Assembly: GCA_963823555.1 (NCBI GenBank)
Contig: CAWGMA010000004.1
Coordinates: 608,001-672,000 of the forward strand
Origin: Candidatus Eiseniibacteriota bacterium
Lineage (GTDB): Bacteria; Eisenbacteria; RBG-16-71-46; CAVPCR01
DNA: 64,000 nucleotides
Direction of reading: 5' to 3'
The first letter of the stretch is position 1. The number at the start of each line of letters is the position of its first letter. Shown piece by piece: positions 45,495 to 56,256 of the stretch. The position numbers and the translations under genes are program-made. The notes beneath the pieces are model-generated. The model saw nothing but the letters and a program-made list of their open reading frames with translations, was not told where the DNA came from and searched no databases.

Positions 45495-47537
45495 CTACAT
45501 ATAGTAATCGAAATCGCGTTCAGTACGCAAGCGCCTTCGCAGCTTGAAGATCTGCGCCGGCATCACATGTGGATTGATCTCCACATAGTTGCGCGGTCCA
45601 TGCCACAAGTAGCGGGCCTCGCTGAGCAGATCGTGGACCTGATAGGGGTGACGTTCCGTGATGGCGAGATCCTCGATCGGGAGCTCGAGCCAGCCGGAGT
45701 GCGTGTGATGGGGATCAAGGTTGACGACCGTGAGGATGACGCTGGATAGATCGTCGCTGCTCTTGCTGTAGGCGATCAGCTGATCATTGTCGATAGGATG
45801 GAATCGCAGATTGCGATTGCTGTGCAGGGCGACGTTCTCGCGGCGGATGTGATTGATCCGGCCGATCAAGTGCCGGAGGCTCTCGGGGTGATCGAGGTCC
45901 CAGCGGCGGATCTCGTACTTCTCCGAGTTGAGGTACTCCTCGCGCCCCGGCTCGAGCGGCGTGTTCTCGAGAAGCTCATAGGCGGGGCCATAGATGCCGT
46001 AGCTGGCACCCAGGGTGGCGGCGAGGACGACGCGAGCGAGGAAGGCGGCCTGACCCCCGGCCTGGAGGTACTCGGTCAGGATGTCGGGGGTGTTGGGCCA
46101 GAGATTCGGCCGGAAGTACTCGCTCACCTCGCTGCGCGTGAGTTCCGTCAGGTACTCGCGGATCTCCCAGGATGTGTTGCGCCAGGCGTAGTAGGTGTAG
46201 GACTGGCTGAACCCGAGCTTGGCGAGGCGATACATCACCTTGGGGCGAGTGAAAGCCTCCGAGAGAAAGATGATCTCGGGATGTCGTTCTTTCACCGTCG
46301 AGATCAGCCATTCCCAGAAGGCATAGGGCTTGGTATGCGGGTTGTCGACGCGGAACACGCGCACGCCCTGCTCGATCCAGAAGAAGACGATGCTGGCGAG
46401 CTCGACCCAGAGCTCGCGCCACCTCTCGCACTCGAAGTCGAGGGGGTAGATGTCCTCGTACTTCTTGGGAGGATTCTCCGCGTACTGGATCGAGCCATCT
46501 GGACGATGCCGGAACCACTCCGGGTGTTCCTTGACGTAGGGATGATCCGGCGAGCACTGGAGGGCGAAGTCGAGGGCGATCTCGATGCCCCGGTCGCGGG
46601 CTGCGGTCACCAGCTCGCGGAAGTTGGCCAGCGTCCCGAGCGCCGGGTGCACGGCCTTGTGTCCGCCCTCGGGACCGCCGATCGCCCAGGGACTGCCGAC
46701 ATCGTCCGGCCCTGCCACCGGGGTGTTATTGCGGCCCTTCCGCAGCGTGCGCCCGATGGGATGAATCGGTGGCAGATAGAGAATGTCGAATCCCATCTCG
46801 GCCACGAGCGGCAGCTGGGCCGTGACATCGGCGAACGTGCCATGGCGATCGATTCCGAGCGGCGTCGAGCGCGGGAACATCTCGTACCAGGCGCCCACCC
46901 GGGCCCGCTCGGGATCGACGACCACTTCGAGCACGCGCTCGTAGCTGGCGGCATGACGGCGGTCGGGAAAGGCGCTCAAGAGGTGCATGAGCTCGGGCGC
47001 GAGGGCGAGCTCGGCGCCGTCGGGCCTCTGGCTTCCGGATTTCACCCGCTCCGCCCATTCCCGAATCCGCGCCGCATCGCTGGTGCCCGCCCGAGCGCTC
47101 GCCGCGGCGATCAGCTCGGTGCCGGCCAGGAGCTCGAGCGCGACATCCTGGCCGGCTTCGTGCTTCTTCTCGAGCTGGCGCCGCCAGGTGAGGAAGGGAT
47201 CGACCCAGGCCGTGATCGTGTACTGGTAGCGACCGAGCTCCGCGACCTTGAAGCCCCCCCGCCAGCGGTCGTTGACCAGCGGCTCCATCGTCGACTCGCG
47301 CCAGTCCCTGGCTCCGGCGTGCCGATAGCGGACGATGGCACAAAGGACATCGTGACCATCGGCATGGATGTCGGCGGTGACCTCGACCTCCTCCCCGACG
47401 ACGCGTTTCACCGGGAAGCGGCCAGCGTCGATCTCGGGCTTGACGCCTTCGATGGTGATTCGCGATGGTAGCTCGCCGGGGAGCTCGGAATGGATGGCGC
47501 GAGCGAGCGCGGTTCCTGGCGACGGGTCGTGGGTCAC
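45495..47537 (-). CDS. glgE: Alpha-1,4-glucan:maltose-1-phosphate maltosyltransferase
   Basis: WYEMFPRS, LPPIHPIG, AENPPKKYEDI, FRVDNPHTKP, SEAFTRP, NTPDIL. Confidence 0.97.
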   Translation of the reverse strand: MTHDPSPGTALARAIHSELPGELPSRITIEGVKPEIDAGRFPVKRVVGEEVEVTADIHADGHDVLCAIVRYRHAGARDWRESTMEPLVNDRWRGGFKVAELGRYQYTITAWVDPFLTWRRQLEKKHEAGQDVALELLAGTELIAAASARAGTSDAARIREWAERVKSGSQRPDGAELALAPELMHLLSAFPDRRHAASYERVLEVVVDPERARVGAWYEMFPRSTPLGIDRHGTFADVTAQLPLVAEMGFDILYLPPIHPIGRTLRKGRNNTPVAGPDDVGSPWAIGGPEGGHKAVHPALGTLANFRELVTAARDRGIEIALDFALQCSPDHPYVKEHPEWFRHRPDGSIQYAENPPKKYEDIYPLDFECERWRELWVELASIVFFWIEQGVRVFRVDNPHTKPYAFWEWLISTVKERHPEIIFLSEAFTRPKVMYRLAKLGFSQSYTYYAWRNTSWEIREYLTELTRSEVSEYFRPNLWPNTPDILTEYLQAGGQAAFLARVVLAATLGASYGIYGPAYELLENTPLEPGREEYLNSEKYEIRRWDLDHPESLRHLIGRINHIRRENVALHSNRNLRFHPIDNDQLIAYSKSSDDLSSVILTVVNLDPHHTHSGWLELPIEDLAITERHPYQVHDLLSEARYLWHGPRNYVEINPHVMPAQIFKLRRRLRTERDFDYYM

Positions 47538-47669
47538 GAGAGCCTATCCTCCTTGCGGGTGCCACGAGGGGACAGGCATATCCCCCGTGGGCGCGGCGAT
47601 TCTCGCAAGCCCGGAGCTGGGGATCAAGCCGTGAAAGCACGCTCTCTCAGCGCACGGGATGCAACGCAA

Positions 47670-47698
47670 AGGGCGACCACTCGATGAGTGGTCGCCCT
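47670..47698 (-). terminator. Rho-independent terminator of the large secreted protein gene
   Basis: Perfect stem AGGGCGACCACTC-GAT-GAGTGGTCGCCCT with a short U-tract on the minus strand, 23 bp past the stop. Confidence 0.75.
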
Positions 47699-47721
47699 CT
47701 GGACCGCCTCCTTCGATCGAC

Positions 47722-50700
47722 TCAGCGCAGGAGCAGCGTGCGCTTGGTGTCGACGATGCCCGGAGCTTCGAGCCGCATGAAATAGGTCCCGGCTGCCGCC
47801 CTCCCGCCCGTTTCGCTCTGGCCGTCCCAGGCGATCTCGTAGGCGCCGATCCCCTGCTCCTCCTCGACCAATCGGCGGACCAGGCGCCCCTGGACGTCGT
47901 AGATGCGGAGCCGTACCTGGCCAGGCGTGGCGAGCTCGTAACGAACGCTTGTCGAGGCCCGGAACGGATTGGGGAACGAGCCCATGAGCTGTGTGACCTC
48001 GGGCGCGGCCAGTGGTGACTCCGCGCGCAGAAGCGCCAGCTCGCCTCCTGCCGGCGCAATCGGGGTGGCGAGCGTGATCTCGAGCGTCGGGCGGAGAGCC
48101 GAGTTCGAGTGCTCGGAGGCGTAGAACCGGCGCTCGGAATCGAGCGCCGTCTGGACCGGGCCGATCCAGAGGCCGTTGTTGTTCCAGTTGCCCGCGACCC
48201 ACTGCTGCACGGCGGTCGTGACATCCCACTCGACCCAGGCGCCGCTCGAGTGGATCGTGGTCACGGCGAGCGGGGTCGCGGTGCGGTCGAAGTTGGGATC
48301 GTTGTTCACCGCACCATCGCTGGCCGCCGAGGCTCCGGGACCGGACCAGGGCTCGCTGGAATACCGCGCGTAGTTCCAGCACGAAGCGCCGACCTCGGTA
48401 CGCGGGCCCGATTGCGTCCCCTCCGCCCAGTCCTTGACCAGGCGATAGACCGCGAAATCCATGGCCGACGAGGTGACCGTCGAGAAGTTGTAGAGCTTGA
48501 GTCGTGCCGAGACCACCGCGGTTCCCGCCGGGATGCTTGCTAGATCGAAGCGCACGAGCCCCGGCTTGGGCGGCGTCGAACCCCGCTTGCCGATCCCCAC
48601 CTCGTAGCGCCCCCCCGCGTTCGAGTTCACGTTGGATCCCTCGAGGAGGTAGTTGTCATCGGTGCCGCTGTAGCCGTCGAGCCCCTCGCGGAGCACGATG
48701 GTGCCCCCGGCCTGGATGATGGAGGCCGTGGTGGTGGCTGGCTGGGAGTTGAGACCACCGTCGTTGACGACGAGCGTGACGGTGTAGCTCCCGGCGGCGG
48801 CGTAGGCGTGCGTGGGAGTGGCCCCGGTCGCGGTCGCGCCGTCGCCGAAGGTCCAGCTGTAGGTCAACGGTTGTCCCTCGGGATCGGAAGAGCCCGAGCC
48901 GTTGAAGGCGACCGGCTGGCCGGGCGTGCCCGTGTAGGGGCCGCCGGCGTCGGCGATCGGCGGCTGGTTGCCGGCGCCGATCGAGGCCGTGGTGGTGGCT
49001 GGCTGGGAGTTGAGACCACCGTCGTTGACGACGAGCGTGACGGTGTAGCTCCCGGCGGCGGCGTAGGCGTGCGTGGGAGTGGCCCCGGTCGCGGTCGCGC
49101 CGTCGCCGAAGGTCCAGCTGTAGGTCAACGGTTGTCCCTCGGGATCGGAAGAGCCCGAGCCGTTGAAGGCGACCGGCTGACCGGGCGTGCCTGTGTAGGG
49201 GCCGCCGGCGTCGGCGATCGGCGGCAGGTTCACCGGGCCGCCGTCGCCGATCGTCACCACGAGCTCGGGGCGCAGGTCGGGATTGCTCGCCTCGGAGGAG
49301 TAGAAGCCCCGCTCGGACTGCGTGGCGAGATCGACCGGCTGGATCAGGATGCCGTTGTTGTTCCAGCTGCCGGCGACCCATTGCTGCACCGCGGAAGTCA
49401 CGTTCCACTCGTACCAGCGACTGGCGCCGGCGATCGTCGTCACCGCCTCGGGCGTGGCCTTGCGATCGAAGCTGGGATCGTTGTTGGTGGCGGCGTCGCT
49501 CGCGGCGGATGCCCCCGCCCCCGACCAGGGCAGGATGCCCAGCTGGGCGCTCGACCAGCAGACGGCTCCGTTCTCGTTCCGGGGGCCCGATTGCGTCCCC
49601 TCGTTCCAGAGCTTGACCAGGCGATAGGCGCCGAACACGGTCGTGGCGGACGTGCTGCTATTGAAGTTGTACAGGCGGAGCGTCGCGCTCTGGATCGTGC
49701 TCCCGGCGGGGATGCTCGACAGGTCGAAGCGGAACACACCCGGCTGGGCCGGAGTGTTGTTGCGCTTGCCGATCCGGACCTCGTAGCGGCCGCCGGTGTT
49801 GGCGTCGACGCGGTTGGAGCTTCCGATCATGTAGGCGTCGTCGGTCCCGGTGTAGCCATTGAGGCCGTTCTTGAGGACGATGGTCGCGCCGCCGCCCCCG
49901 GCCGGTTGCACGTCGGCCGTGGTGGTGGCCGGTGCCGAGTTCTGGGCGCCGTCGTTCACGACGAGGGAGACGGTGTAGGTGCCGGCGCTCGAGTAGGCGT
50001 GGCTGGGGGTCGCCCCGGTCGCCGTCGCCCCATCACCGAAGTTCCAGGCATAGGTGAGAGGCTGGCCCTCGGGATCGGAAGAGCCCCTGCCGTCGAAGGC
50101 GATCGGCTGGCCGGCGGTGCCGCTGTAGGGTCCGCCGGCGACGGCGATGGGCGGCGCGTTGGTGCTCGTGACGGTGGCCGTGGTGGTGGCCGGTGCCGAG
50201 TTCTGGGCGCCGTCGTTCACGACGAGGGAGACGGTGTAGGTGCCGGCGCTCGAGTAGGCGTGGCTGGGGGTCGCCCCGGTCGCCGTCGCCCCATCACCGA
50301 AGTTCCAGGCATAGGTGAGAGGCTGGCCCTCGGGATCGGAAGAGCCCCTGCCGTCGAAGGCGATCGGCTGGCCGGCGGTGCCGCTGTAGGGTCCGCCGGC
50401 GACGGCGATGGGCGGCGCGTTGGTGCTCGTGACGGTGGCCGTGGTGGTGGCCGGTGCCGAGTTCTGGGCGCCGTCGTTCACGACGAGGGAGACGGTGTAG
50501 GTGCCGGCGCTCGAGTAGGCGTGGCTGGGGGTCGCCCCGGTCGCCGTCGCCCCATCACCGAAGTTCCAGGCATAGGTGAGAGGCTGGCCCTCGGGGTCGG
50601 ACGAGGCGGTGCCGTTGAACGCGATCGCCTCGCCGACACCCGCCGCATAGGGTCCGCCGGCGACGGCGATGGGCGGCAGGTTCCCCCCACCCCCACCCGT

Positions 50701-52533
50701 CGAGTAGGTGATGACGAGGGTCGGGCGCAAGGAGGAGTTGGAGGCCTCCGTCGCGTAGAAGCCTCGCCGCGTGTTGCCGGTCTCGTACACCGTGCGCAGG
50801 AGGATCCCGTCGTTCTGCCACTGGCCGCCATGCCAGTTGGTGACAGCCCGCGTGAGATCCCAGGTGTACCAGCGATTGGCGCCGGTGAGGGTCGTCACCG
50901 CCTCGGGAGTGGCGTAGCGGTCGAAGCTGGGATCGTTGTTCTGGGCGGAGTTGCTGGCCGCATCGGCTCCCGGCGCCGACCAGTCGAGCTCGTACAGGCG
51001 CGCAGCTCGCCAGCACGAGGCTCCGACCTCCTGGGACGGGCTCGAGCGCGTCCCTTCGCCCCAGCGCTTGGTCAAGCGATAGGCGGCGACCTCGGACGGG
51101 CTCGCGGAGTCGGTCGCGTGGTTGTAGAGCTCGAGCCGGGCGTCCGTGATGTTCGCGCCCGCGGGGATGCTCGACAGGTCGAACCGGATCAAGCTACGGC
51201 ATAGATCGGTCACCAGATCGACGGTGCCGCCGTGGAGCCCGACCTCGAAGGTCCCGCTGTTGCCCTTGTTGTCCAGGTTGCGGAGGTCGATCATCGAATT
51301 GTCTTCGGCGCCCGAGTAGCCGTTCACACCCTGGCGAAGTGTGACGGTGACCGTGGGCGAGCCGTCGGTCGTGGCGCTCGCGACATTCGAGATCGCCGCG
51401 CGATTGCCGCCGTCATCGACGACCTTGACCGCGAAGTAGTACGTGGTGCCGGGGAGGAGTCCGGCCACCTGCATGGTCTCGCCCGCGCCGAAGGGGGCCG
51501 GCGCCGGCTCGTTCTCGACCTGCATCGCGAGGCCGAAGTTCGCGGCGTTGATTGGTTGCTGCGACATGCGGAGGTCGTAGCGCGCCGCGCGGCCGGTGAT
51601 GCCGTCATCCCCGCTGGCGGTGAAGGTGAGGGTGATGGTCGTCTGGCCGGCGCTGGCGATCGACAGGTCGTCGACGTAGAGCGGGGGCGAGGTGTCTCCG
51701 GCGGCCTGGCTGATGGCCGTTCCGTAGACCTGCGCCATCTCGGCATAGCCGGTCGAGTTGGGGTGCAGCGAGTCCGACATCCAGTCGCCGGGCCCGAACG
51801 TGAACAGAGCGGGGTTGGCGATGAAACGCGAATAGTGGTCGGCGAGCGCAACGCGGACGGGCGTGCCGGTCACCGTGCCCTCGGCGAAATCCTCGGACAT
51901 GGCGATGAGGGCGCTGTTGAAGGCCTCGACGTCCGCGGTCCGGTTCCGCATGGGAATGACGAGCGAGAGGACGAAGTGATGGAGCTGGTTGCTCTGCGTA
52001 CCGTCCTGCCAACGCAGGAGATAGCGCAGGAACTCGGCGATCTCCGCCGATTGCGTGTTGTTGAGGGTGACGCCGTGATTGTCGGAATACTGCCCGTAGG
52101 GTCCGCTCTGGCTGTTGAGATCGTTGGTGCCGAGGTGGACCGCGACCAGGTTCGGCGTCGCGGGAGGGCCGAGATCGGGTGTCGTGTCGAAGGTGCCGGT
52201 GCCGCCGAAGGCGGGCGGATAGAACTCGTCGATCCTCCGGCCACCCTGGAAGTGCCCCTGCAAGGGAGCCGATCCCGAGGAGCCGACGAAGTTGAACGTG
52301 TTCTGCGGGTCCCCGGCGAGAATCGCCCGGAGATCGTCGCGGAAGCCGGGCGGGGCCGGATAGCCTTCCGTGATCGAGTCGCCGCAGAGCAGCATGTTCA
52401 CGGTCGTCACCGCCGCTTGCGGAAAGGCGGTGCCGTCGTCGATCACGACCTCCTCGGGTGGCTTGGCGAGAGCGAGCGAGGGGATGGCGAAGGCCAGAAC
52501 CGTGAGCAGGAGAGCAGCCTGGTGCTTGTTCAT
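47722..52533 (-). CDS. Large secreted modular protein: SGNH hydrolase, FN3, 3x DNRLRE-like, 5x PKD, FlgD/T9SS-like C-terminal domain
   Basis: GDSIT, GTND, DSLHP (SGNH); PGTTYYFAVK (FN3); three D...RFDLxSIP...ARL.LY...RPxL modules; five W(N/T)FGDG PKD units; FPNPF...WDG tail. Confidence 0.9.
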   Translation of the reverse strand: MNKHQAALLLTVLAFAIPSLALAKPPEEVVIDDGTAFPQAAVTTVNMLLCGDSITEGYPAPPGFRDDLRAILAGDPQNTFNFVGSSGSAPLQGHFQGGRRIDEFYPPAFGGTGTFDTTPDLGPPATPNLVAVHLGTNDLNSQSGPYGQYSDNHGVTLNNTQSAEIAEFLRYLLRWQDGTQSNQLHHFVLSLVIPMRNRTADVEAFNSALIAMSEDFAEGTVTGTPVRVALADHYSRFIANPALFTFGPGDWMSDSLHPNSTGYAEMAQVYGTAISQAAGDTSPPLYVDDLSIASAGQTTITLTFTASGDDGITGRAARYDLRMSQQPINAANFGLAMQVENEPAPAPFGAGETMQVAGLLPGTTYYFAVKVVDDGGNRAAISNVASATTDGSPTVTVTLRQGVNGYSGAEDNSMIDLRNLDNKGNSGTFEVGLHGGTVDLVTDLCRSLIRFDLSSIPAGANITDARLELYNHATDSASPSEVAAYRLTKRWGEGTRSSPSQEVGASCWRAARLYELDWSAPGADAASNSAQNNDPSFDRYATPEAVTTLTGANRWYTWDLTRAVTNWHGGQWQNDGILLRTVYETGNTRRGFYATEASNSSLRPTLVITYSTGGGGGNLPPIAVAGGPYAAGVGEAIAFNGTASSDPEGQPLTYAWNFGDGATATGATPSHAYSSAGTYTVSLVVNDGAQNSAPATTTATVTSTNAPPIAVAGGPYSGTAGQPIAFDGRGSSDPEGQPLTYAWNFGDGATATGATPSHAYSSAGTYTVSLVVNDGAQNSAPATTTATVTSTNAPPIAVAGGPYSGTAGQPIAFDGRGSSDPEGQPLTYAWNFGDGATATGATPSHAYSSAGTYTVSLVVNDGAQNSAPATTTADVQPAGGGGATIVLKNGLNGYTGTDDAYMIGSSNRVDANTGGRYEVRIGKRNNTPAQPGVFRFDLSSIPAGSTIQSATLRLYNFNSSTSATTVFGAYRLVKLWNEGTQSGPRNENGAVCWSSAQLGILPWSGAGASAASDAATNNDPSFDRKATPEAVTTIAGASRWYEWNVTSAVQQWVAGSWNNNGILIQPVDLATQSERGFYSSEASNPDLRPELVVTIGDGGPVNLPPIADAGGPYTGTPGQPVAFNGSGSSDPEGQPLTYSWTFGDGATATGATPTHAYAAAGSYTVTLVVNDGGLNSQPATTTASIGAGNQPPIADAGGPYTGTPGQPVAFNGSGSSDPEGQPLTYSWTFGDGATATGATPTHAYAAAGSYTVTLVVNDGGLNSQPATTTASIIQAGGTIVLREGLDGYSGTDDNYLLEGSNVNSNAGGRYEVGIGKRGSTPPKPGLVRFDLASIPAGTAVVSARLKLYNFSTVTSSAMDFAVYRLVKDWAEGTQSGPRTEVGASCWNYARYSSEPWSGPGASAASDGAVNNDPNFDRTATPLAVTTIHSSGAWVEWDVTTAVQQWVAGNWNNNGLWIGPVQTALDSERRFYASEHSNSALRPTLEITLATPIAPAGGELALLRAESPLAAPEVTQLMGSFPNPFRASTSVRYELATPGQVRLRIYDVQGRLVRRLVEEEQGIGAYEIAWDGQSETGGRAAAGTYFMRLEAPGIVDTKRTLLLR
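48722..49225. repeat. Two-copy intragenic direct repeat, 261-bp period (PKD)
   Basis: 48722-48964 vs 48983-49225 are near-identical, with two synonymous differences seen. Confidence 0.9.
49915..50595. repeat. Intragenic tandem repeat, 261-bp period, ~2.6 apparently identical copies (PKD)
   Basis: Unit starts at 49915, 50176 and 50437; the third copy diverges after 50595. Confidence 0.92.
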
Positions 52534-52923
52534 CGCTGTCTTTTCTTGGCGCTCGGATCGAGGAGCAAGTGGGAAAGGGGCGAGCTCGAGCGTTGGCGTC
52601 GAGCGGAGACCTCGGGCGGACGGCACCCGATTTCAGTCATTGATGATAGCATGGCCGTGAACCGGAGGGATAGTCGACAAGCGCAGCCGGGATCGGAGCT
52701 TGGACCTCCAGAGCGCCCGCCCCCGGTCCGCGAGCATTGACAAGTGAGGTGCCGCACGTCGGGGTTGCACCAATCATCATTCCATTGTGTGAATCGAGAT
52801 GTCGTTGACGCAACCCAAGGTACGAGTGGGGCGTAGACTCCTTCTGTATACCGGGCGCGGAGTCTCCTTCGCGCCGGGGACGGACCCTTCCACCACCCAG
52901 CGGCCGCGGCCGGGGAGACGTTC

Positions 52924-53676
<753 letters not shown>

Positions 53677-53680
53677 CCCC

Positions 53681-54937
53681 ATGAGCCTGTTCAGCCGGGC
53701 GGACCCGCTCGACCTCGATACCTGGCAGGAGATCCTCGACACGGTCCGCAAGAACAAGCTCAGGACCTTCCTCACGGCCTTCAGCGTGGCCTGGGGCATC
53801 TTGATGCTCGTCGTGCTCCTGGGCTCCGGCCAGGGGCTCTCGCACGGCGTCGAGTACGGATTCCGCGATGACGCCACCAACTCGATCTGGATGCGCAGCG
53901 GTCAGACGAGCATGCCCTTCCGCGGACTCCGGCCGGGGCGCATGGTGCAGTTCACCAACCTGGACCATGAGACCATCAAGGAGCAGGTGCGGGGCGTGGA
54001 GCACATCACGTCCCGGTTCTTCATCCGTGGCAACCTGACCGTGGCCTACCGCAACGAGACCTCGAGCTTCAATGTGCGCTGCGTTCATCCCGATCACCAG
54101 TATCTCGAGAAGACCATCATCACCGAGGGCCGCTTCCTCAATCCGCTCGACCTGAAGGAATTCCGCAAGGTGGCGGTCATCGGTGATCGGGTCAAGACCC
54201 AGCTGTTCAAGGGCCGGCCAGCGCTCGGTGAGTACATCAAGGTCAACAGCATTCCGTTCCGCGTCGTGGGCGTGTTCGTGGACGAGGGGAGCGAGGGCGA
54301 GATGGAGACGATCTATCTTCCCATCACCACGGCCCAGCGCGCCTTCAACGGGGCCAATCGCGTGGCCATGATCATGATGACGGTGGGGGAGGCGACGCTC
54401 CCGGAGAGCCAGGCGATCGCCACCGAGCTCCGCAATCGCATCGCCGAGCGCCACGACTTCGACCCCGATGATCAGCGCGCCATCTTCATCGTCAATGCGG
54501 TCGAGGCCTTCCAGCGCTTCGTCAACCTGATGGGTGGGATCCGCATGTTCATCTGGGTGATCGGCGTGGGCACGCTGCTGGCCGGGGTGGTCGGCATCTC
54601 GAACATCATGATGATCGCGGTCAAGGAGCGCACCAAGGAGATCGGGATCCGCAAGGCGCTGGGAGCGACGCCGTGGTCTGTGATGAGTCTCGTGCTCAAG
54701 GAAGCGGTGCTGGTGACGGCGGTGGCCGGATACCTCGGCCTGGTGGCCGGGGTCCTCGTGCTCGAGCTCATGGCCCGCCAGATCACCGGGTCGGACTTCT
54801 TCCGCAATCCCGAGGTCGATCTCGGCATCGCTCTCTCGGCGACGGTGCTGCTGGTCGCGGCCGGGGCGATCGCCGGCTTCTTCCCGGCGCGGCGGGCGGC
54901 GGCGGTGCGCCCGGTCGAAGCGTTGCGTGACGAGTAG
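53681..54937 (+). CDS. MacB/FtsX-type ABC permease
   Basis: NKLRTFLT, GRFLN, ISNIM, ERTKEIGIRKALGA, PVEALRDE. Confidence 0.95.
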   Translation: MSLFSRADPLDLDTWQEILDTVRKNKLRTFLTAFSVAWGILMLVVLLGSGQGLSHGVEYGFRDDATNSIWMRSGQTSMPFRGLRPGRMVQFTNLDHETIKEQVRGVEHITSRFFIRGNLTVAYRNETSSFNVRCVHPDHQYLEKTIITEGRFLNPLDLKEFRKVAVIGDRVKTQLFKGRPALGEYIKVNSIPFRVVGVFVDEGSEGEMETIYLPITTAQRAFNGANRVAMIMMTVGEATLPESQAIATELRNRIAERHDFDPDDQRAIFIVNAVEAFQRFVNLMGGIRMFIWVIGVGTLLAGVVGISNIMMIAVKERTKEIGIRKALGATPWSVMSLVLKEAVLVTAVAGYLGLVAGVLVLELMARQITGSDFFRNPEVDLGIALSATVLLVAAGAIAGFFPARRAAAVRPVEALRDE

Positions 54938-54949
54938 GAAGGGCGAGAG

Positions 54950-56218
54950 ATGCGCTTTCTGTTCGACCTCGATCACTGGCAGGAGATCAAGGTGGTGTTG
55001 TTGCGGAACCGCTTGCGCACCGGGCTCACCGCCTTCGGGGTCTTCTGGGGCATCTTCCTCCTCATGGTGATGCTGGGGACGGGAGCGGGGTTGAAGAACG
55101 GCGTCATGCGTGGCTTCGAGGGTGTGGCGACCAACAGCCTCTTCGTCTGGACCCAGCGCACCCAGAAGCCGTGGGCCGGCATGCCCGCCGGACGCTCGAT
55201 CGAGCTCGCCAACGCCGATGTGCAAGCGATTCGGGACAGGGTGCCCGAGGTGGCCGTGGTGGCGCCGCGCAACCAGCTGGGCGGCTACATGGGGGGAAAC
55301 AACGTCACCCGTAGGCAGAAGGCGGGGGCCTTCAGCGTCATGGGCGACTATCCCGAGATCCGCCAGGTCCAGTCGTTCCGGCTGGATGCCGGCCGCTTCC
55401 TCAATCCGCTCGATCTGGAGGAGCGGCGCAAGGTGGCCGTCATCGGCACGCGCGTCCGCGAGGTGCTCTTCGAGCAGGGCGAGGATCCGGTCGGGGATTC
55501 GATCGTCATCAACGGCGTCTACTTCCAGGTGGTCGGAGTGTTCCGCTCCGTGCAGTCAGGGGATGATGCCGACCGCGATGCGCAGACCATCTTCGTACCC
55601 TTCACGACCTTCCAGCGAGCATTCAACTACGGGGATCGGGTGGGCTGGCTCGCCATCATCTCGGATCCGGACGTGCCCGCATCTCGAGCCGAGGAGAAGG
55701 TGATCGCGCTTCTCAAGTCGCGCCACAAGGTGGCGCCGGACGATGTGCGGGCATTCGGCCACTTCAATCTGGAGGAGGAGTACCAGAAGATCCGGGGCCT
55801 GTTCTCCGGCATTCGCATCCTGGTGTGGATCGTCGGGATCGGCACGCTGGCCGCCGGAGCGATCGGTGTCTCGAACATCATGCTGATCATCGTCAAGGAA
55901 CGCACGAAGGAGATCGGCATCCGGCGTGCCGTGGGCGCCCGGCCGGTCGCCGTGGTCACCGAGATCGTGCTCGAGGCGGTGATCCTGACCGCGATCGCGG
56001 GCTATCTGGGGATGGTGGCCGGCATCGCCGTGATGGAGATCGTGGGTCAGCTCCTGCCTCCAGGGGACGGGACGCGGATGTTTGCCAACCCCGACGTGGG
56101 GGTGAAGGAGGCGCTGGAGGCGCTCGCGATTCTCATCGCCGCCGGGATCCTGGCCGGGCTGGTGCCGGCGCAGCGCGCCTTGCAGGTGAGCCCGATCGTC
56201 GCCCTGCGCAGCGAGTGA
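54950..56218 (+). CDS. MacB/FtsX-type ABC permease (second paralog)
   Basis: NRLRTGLT, VSNIM, ERTKEIGIRRAVGA, PIVALRSE. Confidence 0.95.
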   Translation: MRFLFDLDHWQEIKVVLLRNRLRTGLTAFGVFWGIFLLMVMLGTGAGLKNGVMRGFEGVATNSLFVWTQRTQKPWAGMPAGRSIELANADVQAIRDRVPEVAVVAPRNQLGGYMGGNNVTRRQKAGAFSVMGDYPEIRQVQSFRLDAGRFLNPLDLEERRKVAVIGTRVREVLFEQGEDPVGDSIVINGVYFQVVGVFRSVQSGDDADRDAQTIFVPFTTFQRAFNYGDRVGWLAIISDPDVPASRAEEKVIALLKSRHKVAPDDVRAFGHFNLEEEYQKIRGLFSGIRILVWIVGIGTLAAGAIGVSNIMLIIVKERTKEIGIRRAVGARPVAVVTEIVLEAVILTAIAGYLGMVAGIAVMEIVGQLLPPGDGTRMFANPDVGVKEALEALAILIAAGILAGLVPAQRALQVSPIVALRSE

Positions 56219-56256
56219 GTGATGTTGTCGCATCGAACCGAGCTTTGGGGATCCAC

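Noticed and set aside
48722..50595. Near-identical repeats as a DGR template/variable repeat pair
   Set aside because: The repeats are in-frame tandem PKD domains with only rare synonymous differences, and there is no reverse transcriptase.
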